Positions 39,736 through 53,726 of a DNA stretch of 64,000 nt are shown one piece after another. Both the position numbers and the translations under genes were made by a program. How positions within the stretch are numbered: the stretch's first letter is position 1; every line of letters begins with the position of its first letter. Under the pieces are notes generated by a model. It was not told where the DNA came from. It made no database searches and saw only the letters and a list, made by a program, of their open reading frames with translations. Source of the stretch: Botryllus schlosseri (lineage: Eukaryota); the NCBI GenBank assembly GCA_051294905.1, contig CM119371.1, forward strand, positions 1,924,001-1,988,000. Reading direction: 5' to 3'.

Positions 39736-39829
39736 TTCTGCCATCTCTCGCGTGGTGTTGAATAGTCACCAACAATAACCGCACAAACGGAAACGTGGCT
39801 TGTAAGAGGATTTACGCAGTGCGTGCGAC

Positions 39830-42262
39830 CAGTGGCGGCACGTCATATAGGGCAACTGGGGCATTGCCCCACATAAAATTATGTTCAATAACAATTTAAC
39901 CATTTATAGACGCACAGCAATCAGTATATACCGAGATCACGGCGAAACCCGCATTATTCTTGTGCTTTCGCTAACAAATGCCCATACATAGCGAAGTCTC
40001 TGCGAAAATCGAATTCTCTTCTGTGTTTTCGCTTTGTGAATGCCTAGCCGGGGCTTGCCCCGGTAGCGCTCATAACAAGCTTTCACTATCTATTCTCTCA
40101 AAGCCGCGCACAATAAAGAAACGGTGATTTACTCTCTCCTATTCGTAAAATGGCCGAGCAAGTGGGGCAACTATGCCTGTCGCCCTTAAGGTGTGATGTA
40201 ACAATCGTATATCTATATCTGAACTCGGTTACCGTGATATGCGTTGACTCGACCTTTGCTGGTATATGTCGATTTTGACGGTGTTTCGCAGCATGATAAT
40301 TCTTGAAACTTGGTACGATATGTCGTGAAGGTAGTATTTAGCACTGCTCCAAGTTTCAGGCTTGCTACTCAAAGATAAGGGTGGTAATTTCGTTTCCGAA
40401 GTTCAGTGTGTGCTGATCTATCATGTACATTGTACAGCAAACAGATTTTACTCAAAAGCCGGTATTGGTCTCCATTGATTTTGACGATGTTCCATACCGA
40501 GATCGGTCATGATATTTGGCACAGTAAGTCTTAATGTTAGTATCGACCGCTGTAATAAGTTTTAAGTTTGTCACTGAACTATGTGGGTGGTAATTTCGTT
40601 TCCAAAGTCGAGTGAGAGCTGACTCTTCATTTATCGCTAACAGATTTACGCAAAAGCCGTTATTGGTCTCTATTGATTTTAACGATGTTCCATACCTAGA
40701 TCTGTCATGAGCTTTTGCACGGTATGTCTTGATTTTAGTATCGAACGCGGTGCCAAGTCTTAAAGTTGACGCTCAATGATTGAGGCAGTTATTTCGTTTT
40801 CGAGGTCGAGTATGGTAGAGATGCGCGCTGATCTGATACTTAGCCTACCTACATCATTGCGGATCTCACGGAAAAGCCGGTGTCTGTCTGTGCTAATCTA
40901 GTCTGCGTTCCATAACGAGATCGGTGATGATATTTCCAATGGTATATCTCGATGTTCGCATGAAACAGCTAACTAAGATTCTCGGTTTGCATTCAAATAT
41001 TCACATAATTTTATGTTCGCCAATGTGCATTTCACTGTGAAATTGTGTCCTTCAAACCATTTGCTTACAATCCCCTGTCAAATGCGATAGCTATTTCATT
41101 TTCGATGTCGGCTAACAGCTGATCATTCGATCAGCCTATTCCTCGATCTATTTTACTCAAAGTTCGGTGTTCGTCTGTTTGTATTGATTTTGACAGTGTA
41201 CCATGCCGGAATGGGTTATGAGATTGCGAATGCTACTTCTCGATGATTTCATGTAACAGTATGCTAAGTTTACGGCTTTCATTCATGTATTTATTGATTA
41301 ATATATTTTCCAACGGCGATTTGGCAGCAGACAGTAAGCCGTATGTGTTGCGTCACAATCTCCAGTTTCAAGGCCAAAATGTACTATGTTGTTCCGAGAC
41401 CGAAGTTCCGAGGCTGCTGTCCTTAGTTCTTCAAAGACCATTCAAATTGATGTTCTGGATTCAATATGACAGGCCCAATCTATGAGATAACAATTGCGTA
41501 TGTGTCCGAAGTCGTTGACCTTTGCAGTTAGGCTTACGCAATCTCTCGAGTTCTAGTCATTGGAATTAGTCTGGTCAAGTCAAGTGCGAACATGAATCGT
41601 ATTGAATCTTTGCTCCGTACGTAGGCTAGTTTACGCAGTTGCCTTTAGAGCGAAAATTAAAGGTCTAGAAGACTACTCCTTGTCGCTTCGACATATTCCT
41701 GTCTTTTCATTGTATCGCATTTTTGTGGTGTATTGAACTGATAAAATTGCTAATAAACCAATGATGATGATGATAGAAATTGTCCAGTCCATTGATCCAA
41801 TCGTACGCCGGGTACCTCCGCTTTGGTTGCCTATCACCTGGTCGTAACTCGTAACCACCAGCTCAGTGGTCGTAACACACCAGGATCGTGTACGAAACAC
41901 TTTCGGACGGCATATCGATTTGCGTAATCTCTAACTCTACCATGAAATCATAACGCATGCTACTAAGGATGACCTGATAATTGATTCGTGGCATAGGGAC
42001 GATTCTTAGTTCACGTACATTATGTAAAATAATCCTTTGATTAAAAAAAAATGAATAAAACATTTGTTACCACAGTTCCAGTCACGGCTCACCGGCAAAC
42101 CTCTCGCGGCACCTACGTTAAAATCACTGTTGTCGGGAAATTCATGTGACCATCATATTAAAGTTACTTTTTTACGTTGGAAAATTCCATTGTGACGTCA
42201 TGTTGATAAAAGTCGCTCGCAGCCCTTGCCCCACCACCCGATATTGTCACGAGCCGCCACTG
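39830..42262. mobile_element. Non-autonomous hAT-like element in left arm
   Basis: TIR CAGTGGCGGC..GCCGCCACTG; 8-bp TSD CGTGCGAC (39822-39829, 42263-42270); empty site present in the right arm. Confidence 0.9.
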
Positions 42263-42556
42263 CGTGCGACCTATATTCCGAATGACCTGCGCGCTGAATT
42301 GTTTCCGTGCAGCCGTGTGCTACTATCGATTATTACACTATTCCATTCAGTGCGAAATAGTTTGATCGTAAATTATTATATATGATATCGTAGTTTAGTC
42401 GTGTCAAATGTCCGATCGTGTTCTCTTTCCTCGCTATTGATTGCTAGCTGAATAATACTTTCGGCTTATTCACACCGCTGTTTCGCGCGTACAAAATAGT
42501 CTGCTGTTCACAACCACAACAAGAATCACAATTATACACATTTATACATTCATTTA

Positions 42557-42796
42557 TTACTCTGAAATCAAACTCTTCACAAAAGCACGCACAATCGTAT
42601 CATTCACTTTTTTATCATCACCAAAATTATTCAAGTATTCCTTGGCTGAAAATCCTTGAGCTCTTTTTATCAAGAATGCAATAGCATGATCTCCACACAC
42701 ATCCGAAGTTTTACTCTGTAACTGTTTCCCAGTCACAGAAAATTCATCCGGCTCCAGGAATTCGATTATCTGAGGTTTTAGTGGTCCGTGTGTCAA
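42557..42796 (-). pseudogene. Mirror copy of the adenain-like protease fragment
   Basis: Peptide identical to 59276-59515. Confidence 0.7.
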
Positions 42797-45700
42797 TTTG
42801 TCAACTTGAAATGAAACTTACTACACAAACCAAGTTGATTCGTATCTGAATGTGTTAATTCGGTACAACTCTAATCCTTTGAGAAATCTTTTCGTGATCT
42901 TTTGAATCGTACGTAACCTGAATATTACCGACACCGACTTTCAACCCCATCGAATTATTCACACATTCCACGCCGCTGTTTCTCGCCTATAGAATCAATA
43001 CCAACTAGTTGTATGAAAATCAAGAATCACAAGTATGTGCATTATACAGTTATTGTCTTTATCAACATGAAATCAAACTCTTAACAAAAACACGCAACTA
43101 ATCATTTGCCAGCTTTAAGATTATCAAAAAAATTCCAGTATTGTTGATTGAAAATCCTCGAGTCTTTATTTTTAAGAATGTTATAGTACGGTGTCGGAAT
43201 CCATTCGCGAGATGTTCTATAGGTAAATTGAGATAATCCGAAACCGAATATTTTTACTTTGGCGTAGTGTGAATTGAAATAGGATTGACAAACATGACTA
43301 CCATCTTTCCAAGTACCATTTCGATATTATACGCACATTGATTTGAAACAAGTAATGAAACATTGCAACTCTATTCGCGATCCCGCTTTCCGTTTGTCAA
43401 AGAGATATTTTAACATCTTACCATACTCAAAAGAATTATTCACAACATTAACAATTGTTAAAAATCTAGTTTTCACTTACTTGATTATATCACTGCAACT
43501 CATAAATTTGAATTAATTCATCCTGGCTGTATTCGTATGATCGGTCTTTTTTATTCAATTGTAAAAGTCGTTACTATTCTGAGGACAAAGTATTTACTAA
43601 TCGGTGCATATACGATTTGACTTGAACATATTATATTTTGAGTATACGAGATTTGAATGTCTGAACAATAACTGAGAAATAATTTATCACAATTAAATCC
43701 ATATATTACAGCGTAAAAGATATTGGAATGTCAGCAACTCGGTAAGGTCATAGTTACTACCACATTACCTAATTTACCCGACCAACTCGTCATGATCATT
43801 CCTGAAATCAACACAAACATGACCACTGACTTGAGTTAACCACAAAACAGCATCAAGTTTTAAATCCACTTGTAGCTTACGACTTATTTGAATGCGGGTT
43901 ATGTTTCGTTGTAATTGAGTGTACGGAAATAGTATTACGTCTCGACATCTCACCATCTTACCATATTCAAAGAGTCAACCACGAAAACATTGTCAAGGAA
44001 ATCCGTTTGTAACTTACCCAACCAACTCAAGCAGTCAGCCAAGCATACACGAATCCATACAATCACTAAAACCTAAAATCCATAACAAGTTCGGTTGTAC
44101 TCATATCCCTACGATGTATCATTTTTTATTCAACTTTAAAAGTCGTTACTATTCTGTAAGATAGAGGAATTACTACGCGGTATATTCTGCAAGACAAAGT
44201 AATTATTACTCGATATATTTTGTAAGACAAAAGTAATTACTACCCGGTGCAGGTGACTTGAGATTAACATAATTGTTTGAGTATACGAGATTTGAAAGTC
44301 TGATCAACGTATAGTTGCGACTTCATTTCTTACAATCGAACGCTGGTGTTATATCGAAAGTTACCATCCTGTAATCATAAGGATTGATACATAGATGTGT
44401 CATATGTAATAGTTGATCATGACTTGATTATTAAATTATTCGTGTTAATTAGACCCGGTGTTGTGGTAAAGGTTATGACAGCAACAAACTTTTCAGTACC
44501 GTTGTTATTAACATATCGAGTTGTAAAACTATGCATGTCCGAAATGTTCATGATTGGAAAATTATTCTACCTTGATACATATCACTCTGCGTATCGCGGA
44601 TATCAGAAAATATTTTACAAATGTAATTGTTTCCAGTAACCAAGACTAAAGATGAAACAACAATTTCGTTTGCTGATTAACAACCGGTGCAATACTTTAT
44701 TGTCGGAATCTGCGACATCGAATTGAAAAATACCCACATTACGCAGCACGAAAATATCACTTTGGGCTCCGGGGCGGTGTCATTTAATCTGTGTTAAACT
44801 CTGTTCACACTCTCTGTCGAAAATGCGTGAAATGCAAAAACATTACGAGGTCACACTCTAAGACTTTGATCATCAAAAAAGTAAATAGAGGTATCTTTAC
44901 TGGATGGATTCTGTTCAACTGGTCTTGGTTAATACAAAACCCATAACTGCAATATCGAAGTATGTGCTACACTGAAATCTACAAAATTGTGTTTGTATTG
45001 CTGTTCATTGTAGCGATATCGATTTGAACCTCCAGAATAATTGTCATCATGTAAGGGCAGTTGTTGTCAATTTGTACGATGTTCACTGAATGCGTACTAG
45101 AACTAATTGTGTAACACACACGATCAGAGAAATTGGAAATTTCCCCATTGTCATTCGTCACAATACTCGGCCACTAAAATACGTTACTTGGATGTGATTG
45201 AATCGCTGGCAGTTAACTCGATAAATCAAACCCCTAAGAAATTTCACTCACTCGTTGGATATTAAACAGAGTCACCTAATCGGTGTAGATCGTTTTTCTA
45301 AATGTAAATCATATAGGTCCAGCAGAAAACAATTTTCACTCACTCGGAAATGAAACCAATGTATTGGTCTCCATTCGATATTTTGTTTGTGTCAAATACT
45401 TTGCAATGAACACATTTGAGTGGTTGAGCTTTACATCATCAAGCTGTCATTTGTAAATCAAGATTTCGGTAAACTTGTAAATGTATCGTTTAACTAACCG
45501 AAATTTAGTGATTGGTGAACATACCAAACGATACACATCCACCTCCGAAATACTGCGTTGATCTTAATTTCCATCATCGTGATAATCGAAGTACATTTCT
45601 TTCGAATTCGTAACAACCGGCGTTTCTATGACATGATAAATTTTTGACAAGTTATGCTTAGAAGATTGGTTGCATATCGCGAAAAATAATATACCAATCA

Positions 45701-47027
45701 TATTAATACTCATATTACTTGAGTTTCTCCGCTTAATGTAAATGTAAACTTAGCCGTCTTTTAACATCACAAAGACATTGATAAAAAGTAGGCAATCAAA
45801 CGCTACAAGTTTAACTTTTGTAGGTTGTGTATGATTACCCCACGCAACTCATTTCTTACCAAAGGTATATGAAATATATTCATGGCACACAGAAATACTC
45901 GATATTCCCATGCTACGAATCTGTACAATGATTGGTGACGCTTTCAAACTGTTTCGATACCTCAAGACCTTTATTGTCGGAATGGATGTTCATGTATCTT
46001 AATAATCAAATAGTTCAACACAGAACTAGTATTAATAGAAACATCAGAGTTGTTTACACAAAAGTTTGTAAGTGTACAGTATGTGAATACCATGTGTAAG
46101 TTCAGCACAATTATGGTATCAATCCGAGTTTAGTTAACACAATTTACGACACCGAGGTCGCCTCATCTTTCGTAAGACAACAAACCAACCAAGGCTTCAG
46201 GATATGTCCATGTCATAGCAATAAATCAGCTACTCCAACAACAGAGTACATATGTTTTCTAGTTACGGTACTTACATCTTACACACAAGTCAATCTACTT
46301 TGCTAACGAAAAGTGCTGGGTCATCACATGGTTGTCCTCACAACAATACAACTAAAACATACTAGCAAAAAATGGTCGTTATAGTTTGCACACTAGGGTT
46401 GTCCAAAATTTGGAAAATGTTACAAATCCGTCGTTGTAATGTCTTATTCGATAGATTATTGATAAAAATCGACACTGGGCCTAAAAGAAACTCACAGGAA
46501 AGCCGTTAAGATTTCGTGCAAAGCGTTTGAAAGTAGCTGCCGAAGAATGGGCGTGTCACGGACCATAGAACGGCGAGAAGACTAGTAATCACGAAACCAC
46601 GGCTCTGGATTGGCTAATTGGCTATGCTTCAATGACCACGACAGCAGCAGCTTGATGATGAGGTGATCATGGAGTCTGCTACCGGCGGCGATTCTGACAG
46701 CACATTGTATGTAGGTTGACAGATAATGATTTAGGATTTATTCAGGGTATGTTGAGGTACGCAATACGTGATGTACGGCAACAGCTGCTTCACAAAAACG
46801 TCCAGAGCATGACTGCTTTATTGTGAAGGAAACCGCCGAAGCCTGTATGCCTTGTTTTCAACGAGGGAGAGCATAGGCGCTTATGCAAGTGGCGACGGAT
46901 TCCTAGTTTCAGAAAGGATCTATCATTATTGAATACAAATAAAAAGCTTGATAATGACACTACTTTGTCTGTGTGAGCTTATTGGGCTCAGGTTGTAGTA
47001 CATAGTTGAAGTTTTCATAGCTCTAAG

Positions 47028-48274
47028 CAGGGCTTTGGAGCCGGAGCCGGAGCCCCGGAGCCAGGCATTTTCACCGGAGCCGGAGCCGGAGCTCTACATA
47101 AAATTCTGCCGGAGCCGGAGCTGGAGCCCGTTATTTGAGGAGTAGCTCCGGCTCCGACGTATTTCATTAGATGCTATTATATATTGAACAACCACATCTG
47201 CTGATTTATCATAATTGAACAGCAGGCCTTAATATTAATGCTGTGCGCAGCAATGGCATAGAGTTAGGTGCGTTCTAGTGCAACTATGATGTTATCGACA
47301 AGTGAGAAGTATTCATTATGACGTCACAAGCCGGCAAGGCGGCACCTATGTCTTCGTTGCTACATCGGATGTTATTGACGGCTGACAGACTCTTAGATTA
47401 CTATGGATAACTAACCTACGGGTAGATTGGTAATCTGTATACACCAGGAAGGGGCAACCTTCTGGTTTATAAGGGACACATGAAATTGACGATCGAGCGC
47501 GCGGTCCACTAGCCGCGCCATGCGGGTAAAATTTACAAAGTTTATAAATAAACCAGGTCAATAATATTATCATTTGAGTATATTGCGGGTCTACTGTATA
47601 GTATACCGCCTGCTAGTCTCAGTTTGCAAGGACACGACTATTCGGCGTCTGGCCACATCTATATCGAAGGTCTCCGATAATATCCGATAATCATTTTTTG
47701 CCTACATTTCAACGTCGACGATCTTTATGCGAGCGCAAACGCGAAAAGACTTTCTCCCGTAATTGCGAATACAGTTAGACTCAATCGGGTAAATTAGGGG
47801 GTAGGCAGCAAGAAATCGTGTGAAAATTAAACACGCGAAGCGCGAAGAAAAATTTCACTACTATTTTAGTTTATTGTAATGTATGACGATTTACTGAAAA
47901 TTTGACTGGACCCTGGACCTGCCAATGCGTCGGAACTGATATTTTAGTCATCAACATCCCAAATGTCGCAGCCAGAGTTGTAAGTTATGGTTGGCATTGC
48001 AATTTTTGCTTGGCATTGCAATTTCAAAATCGGAGTAATTCGTTTTCGATCATAATAGGAAGGAAATTACATTGCGGGCCACGCAAAACCCTCTCGGGCG
48101 GGCCACATTTTCACCGCTGGTTGGCCACCCCTGATATAGACAGGCCCATTCGATAATTTCATAGCCGGAGCTGGAGCCGGAGCAGTGGTAATAATGCCGC
48201 TCCGGAGCTAATGTATGATAGAAGAAAGCGCCGGAGCCGGAGCAGTTTAAATTTCCGGCTGCTCCAAAGCCCTG
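47028..48274. mobile_element. hAT-like MITE with GGAGCC subterminal repeats (nested)
   Basis: TIR CAGGGCTTTGGAGC; 8-bp TSD GCTCTAAG. Confidence 0.9.
47445..48133. mobile_element. Older hAT-like MITE nested in 47028-48274
   Basis: Degenerate ends CAGGAAGGGGCAACC / GGTTGGCCACCCCTG; flanks GTATACAC / ATATAGAC (6 of 8 match). Confidence 0.55.
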
Positions 48275-50184
48275 GCTCTAAGGATCGGCTGAATTAGCGG
48301 GTTAGCTTGGCACTTATCAGATGCTTTTACATCAAATTGTATTCACTGGCAAGTGTTGTCAAATTCCTTAATGATGGCGCAGAAAAGAGGTGTAAAAGTA
48401 AGCACATAATATGTCACATATGATATGCTGAAGACCTTGATTATCGTGCAGAAAAGGGGTGTAAGGGAAAGCACAGACAATGTTGCATAGTGCATAGTAT
48501 CCAGCATAGTGTTTATATAATATCAAGCATAGTCCGTGCTTACATTTATACCTCGTATCTGCGGCATCATTAGGGACTTTTTAAAATACTTACAAGTGAA
48601 TTCAATTTTCTGTAAACATCTGATAAGTGCCAAGCCTAACCGTCTGATTCAACAGGTCCCTAGATCATTCAAAACTTCAACTATGTACTACAACCTGAGC
48701 CCAATAAGATCACCCAAATTGAAGTGTCATTGTTAGGCTTTATATTTGTATTCAATAATGATACAGCCTTTCTGAAACTAGGAATCCGTCGCCACTTGCA
48801 TAAGCGCCTGTGCTTTCCCTCGTTGAAAACAAGGCATATAGACTACGGCGGTTTCATACACAATAAAGCAGTCATGCGTTAGACGTTTTTGTATAGCAGC
48901 TGCTGTTTGCACATCATGTATTTCGTACCTCAACTTACCCTGAATCAATCCTAAACCATTATCTGTCAACCTACATACAATGCGCTTTCAAAAACGCCAC
49001 CGGTAGCAGACTCCTTGATCACCTCATCATCAAGCCGCTGCTGTCGTGGTCATTGAAGGATAGCCGATTAGCCAATCAAGAGCCGTGGTTTCGTGATTAC
49101 TAGTCTTCTCGCCGTTCTATGGTCGGTGGAACGCCCATTCATGGGCAGCTACTTTCAAACGCTTTGCACGAAATCTTAACGGCCTTCCTGTGAGCTTCTT
49201 TTAGACCCAGTGTCGTTTTTTATTATTAATCCATAGAATAAGATATTACAACGGAGGATTTGTAAAATTTTCCAAATTTTGGACAACCCTGTTGCACACC
49301 AACGATACATCGTACAAGTACCAAGTCTCGAGAATCCAGTTATTCAAAAAAAGTGAAAGTGTTTCTACGCCAAGTTGTTATGTTGACGAGAGCGTATATT
49401 GTAATATCATGATCGATTTGTATTCGTTGGTCACAAAATGTCACTACTCTAAATAATTATTTTTCCCTTAATCACGGTACATCGTACAAGTAAAAAGTCT
49501 TGAGGATCGAGTTATTGAAAAAAACTTTAAAGTGTGTCTCCTGCATCAAGTCGTTATGTTGACGAAAGCGTATATTGTAATATCATGGTCGATTTGCATT
49601 CGCTGGTCAGTGGTCACAAACTGTCACTACTCTAAATAATTATTTTTCACTCAAACACAAAAGCATACTTGTGGACATTCGTTTTCATCAAGCACGAGTT
49701 CAAGAAACTTACTGCGACATGAATTGTTATTTTTATGTAGTGTAAATACATAATAATTAATTTTAGTAACACTATATCAACATCATCGACTTGTGCGAAT
49801 ATATTTACATGTAGTCTTGTGGTTTTAATCGAAGCACACAGCGTGTTCTAATGTAGAGTCATCTCTATTGTACAACAACTCGGTAATCGAAATGTATGCA
49901 TTAACATTTAAACAGCGATCTTGTTACGTCACGCGAAAAATATGTTCACTATCGCGATACTCTGCACAGGGAGTGCAAATCCTTTTCACACTCGTAATAG
50001 TATATCAACGGCTACTGGCGACAACGTTTAACAATACCAACGACACTAAACATACGATACCTACCCAAGTAAAATTACCATTTTCACCTGGAGGTCAGGC
50101 GATACCAGAGTAAAAATATCATTGTCCTTTGGGGATTTATCGTTTACTCAGAGTAGCAATACATTTTCACTTGAGGGTCTATCG

Positions 50185-51690
50185 CAGGCGTGGGCAAACT
50201 TTTGAGCTCGCGGGCCGCATTCAACATCTGAATCCATTCGCGGGCCGCACTATATAAAATTGGGACTTAAACCAAAACGCAATATTGGTATTTGATTATA
50301 TAGTGAGGACATGGAGATAATAGATATGCTTATTTACAACAATCCACACATTGCTTTAAGGATATCGTACAAGCGTCAGAAACAGTGGCGAGATTTCATA
50401 GGCTGGTCGGCCTCAATAACCAATTTGTCAAAATTATAGCGATGAAAGTCGGTTGTCCCGATTCTTAGAACGGGATTGAAATTTAAATCTCAGAGCAGCG
50501 ATCCGTTCAAAGATTGACTAATTCAACTTTTGGTTCAGTTCCGGGACACACAATGCTGACAGCATCATAACCATGTTAGCTTCAAACATGCTTCTACTAT
50601 GTGTAGATAAAATATAAATACCCTAATTCTACGCATACATAGAACGAATCTACCTAAGACACGCGCGAATCGTTTGTTTAAAGGGGCACTGCGCTCTAAA
50701 AATGATGTGGTCTCAAAATGAAGGTAAAAACGAACAAAATTTTTTGGCCGCAGCCATTTCCTCCAGAACGCCACCGTAATGGAGCTGCAATTTATTGAAA
50801 TTTCTACAAGACTAGCTGCCGCGGCTGCTTAACCCGTTACATGGCACGATGTCTTCATCGTCGCACTTGCTCGACGCGATAAGGCAGTCACGCAGAGAAC
50901 GAAACTTAGACACATTTCCTTCATAACATCGGCTGACAACTATCTAAAATTCGTTCTCTGCGTGACTGCCTAATCGCGTCGAGCAAGTGCGACGGTGAAG
51001 ATATCGTGCCATGTAACGGGTTAAGCAGCCGCGGCAGCTGGTCTTGTAGAAATTTTATTAAATTGCAGCTCCATTACGGTGGCGTTCTGAAGGAAATGGC
51101 CGCGGCCAAAAATTTTTGTTCGTTTTTACCTTCAATTTGAGACCACATCATTTTTAGAGCGCAGTGCCCCTTTAAGCACATCACTGAAATGATTAAAACT
51201 GAAGTGGCCAATCTGAAATCACACTCGTGATCCGAATTATGTCAATCTCGTTTAGGATTTCTGTCATGTTTAGCAGATAAAACCTTTCAAAGTGCGTGGG
51301 CTGATGGTTTGATGGCATGGAAGGTTACGACTGTGGATGAGAGATTTTCAAATATGAAATTCAGACTAAGTACTAAGAAATATTTATGAATAAGGCGAAA
51401 ATCGCGCGAAGCGCGAAAAAAATATCCAGTTGGGCTCAGCTTCGGGCCCGTGCCTTAGAATTATCATGGTGCAATAGGTAAAGAAATAGTTTAGTCAAGT
51501 GTCCGCATTAATTCGATATTTAGTACGCATTTTATCAATATTTTAAATAAGTTTCTTTATACTCTCGCGGGCCGCACAGAAAAGTGTGGCGGGCCGTAGT
51601 TTGCCCACCCCTGCTTTAGACTCTCGCGGGCCGCACAGAACAGTGTTGCGGGCCGCATGCGGCCCGCGGGCCGTAGTTTGCCCACCCCTG
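50185..51690. mobile_element. hAT-like element with GCGGGCCGC subterminal motifs
   Basis: TIR CAGG(C/G)GTGGGCAAACT; 8-bp TSD GTCTATCG; empty site in the right arm (~54795). Confidence 0.9.
50682..51171. mobile_element. Fold-back MITE with TTAA TSD (Kolobok-like termini)
   Basis: TTAA|AGGGGCACTGCGC...GCGCAGTGCCCCT|TTAA; ~225-bp near-perfect arms. Confidence 0.75.
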
Positions 51691-51709
51691 GTCTATCGTT
51701 TCCTAGAGT

Positions 51710-51935
51710 AACAAACCCCTTTTCCTTTGGAAATATATTTTTTCCCTGGGTTACAAACCTTTTTCACTTGGAAATATATTTTTTCACCGGGTAACAAACC
51801 TTTTTCACTTGGAAATATATTTTTTCCCTGAACAACAAACCTTTTTCACTTGGAAATATATTTTTTCTCTGGGTAACAAACCTTTTTAACTTGGAAATAT
51901 ATTTTTTCCCTGAGCAACAAACCATTTTCACTTGG
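51710..51935. repeat. 41-bp minisatellite (GGAAATATATTTTTTC core); mirror at ~54600-54785
   Basis: Five core copies in the left arm and four in the right; degenerate copies flank both. Confidence 0.9.
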
Positions 51936-53726
51936 CGATCCACCGTTTACCTGAGTAAAAATATCATTTTCCTTTGGAGATCTGGCGTTTACCCAGTGTA
52001 ACAATACATTTTCTCTTGGCCATCTAGCTTTTCCTAGAGTAACAAAACCATTTTCATTTTGAAATCTGACAAACACACCTGACAATTTGGTATTTGTTGT
52101 ATTGACGATAGTTTGAAATAGATTACAACGAACAGTGACGGAAATATACACGGACCACCGGTTTCAGAGTATACCCCCATCAGTCGTATCACATCAATAT
52201 CATCGTTTAACTACATACAATATGCTCTTGTACACCGAAATGCATGTTTTGGAAAATTGGACAATAGGCTTCGATAGTTCTGTGATGTCCGGGTTCGTGC
52301 TTTGGATTTTCCAGAGTCAAAATGTCTGAATAAAACACCTCCTTGACGATGGTTGGTATGTGGATAACGGTGTTCGGAAAACGGTTGGATTTATGTCACC
52401 CATCGCGATAACAATTCCAGGTCGAGTTTTCCCTCGCGTGTTTACTAAATTGTGTCTTTATGGGTCATGTATGTCTCGACATTCAGTTTGAAATCGGAAA
52501 CCCTGATAAAGTATGTAACCGGATCCGGATATCAACTCTGAATCGATAAACCAATGAACAATATTCAAAGTAAACATGTTACACCCTGTGTTTCCACGAA
52601 AAAATACCATCCAGACACACGTCGCGCTTGTTTGCCCACATCAGTATACGCGTAAATGGAGGTGTGTGACATTGCATGCAATGTGTTGGTATACAAACAT
52701 CGATCCACAGACATTATCATAGCCGGTAGTTTTGATGTAGATCGAATGCCATCACACCCGATAACAATGTCATACCAATAAGCCACATTGGAATGACTCT
52801 GAGTCAATCTGAAGCGTGACATACAGACACACAAACATCGAACCGTAACATGGGTTATTCGCACGATGGTGAAAGTGAACTATACAGCATATACCAATAG
52901 AGCGTTCACAGTCGAATATGCGAACCACGCACAATCACATACCCTGGTTTTTGTTGGATATGTACGAAACCAATAAATCGATACATTTCTGTTCCTTGTA
53001 CGTCAATAATACAAGCGTCATTCCAATGCATCGCTCGAATGTAAGGTTCGTCGGGTGTAAAATCCATGTCAAATAACACCAAAGTGTGCTTTCCGGGTTT
53101 TATTATTTCCACCGACGCTTCTTGTCTGTGTCGTAACACTATGGTGCGGGGAGTTGAAAAACGGTGGATTGTGAAACGGATTGACATGACCAACAGAATC
53201 GACGTCAATAGACTTGTGACGATGTCGTTTCAAAATGATACCGATCTCTTGTGGTGACGACCGTTTCGAAATGTCACCGGACGAACTGGACCCTTACGAT
53301 GATGTGTTTTATGATTGCGTGTGAAATCGCGAGGTAGTGTTCTATTGTGGTGTACGATTGCAGTCTTCATTCCACAGAAATACACCTTATTGGATCACAG
53401 TATCAGTCCGAGATTTGCAGAATCACTGTTCACGATATTTATCTGGAGTCGTTATGTGGGAGTAGTGACATCCATGCATCGTGATTTAGTGAAAGACTGA
53501 TCGCAATCATTTCGAGCACCCGTGATTCGATAGTTCACCTTGGTCAAACGCTGCAGTCTCAGCAGAAAACTTCGGTGTCGACAACACGATGGATATTGAC
53601 CGATGTATCCAATTGGTCTGGGTGGTCTGTCCGGAGATAGGGCCATGACTATCTTGTAATGTTACAACACGATAACACAATCGAGTAAATCAGTGAACGG
53701 TGCCGAAATATCGATGTAATAGCGCG

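Larger units (their letters stand above)
46394..49291. mobile_element. hAT-like fold-back element with long (~600 bp) imperfect inverted arms
   Basis: TAGGGTTGTCCAAAATTTGG / CCAAATTTTGGACAACCCTG; 8-bp TSD TTGCACAC; empty site at ~55680 in the right arm. Confidence 0.9.
39401..52805. repeat. Left arm of giant inverted repeat (about 6.54 kb once three insertions are removed)
   Basis: Reverse-complement match to 53727-60228; ORF-track peptides are mirrored (42557/59276, 43919/57908, 44397/57433, 49868/54865, 52135/54204). Confidence 0.95.
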
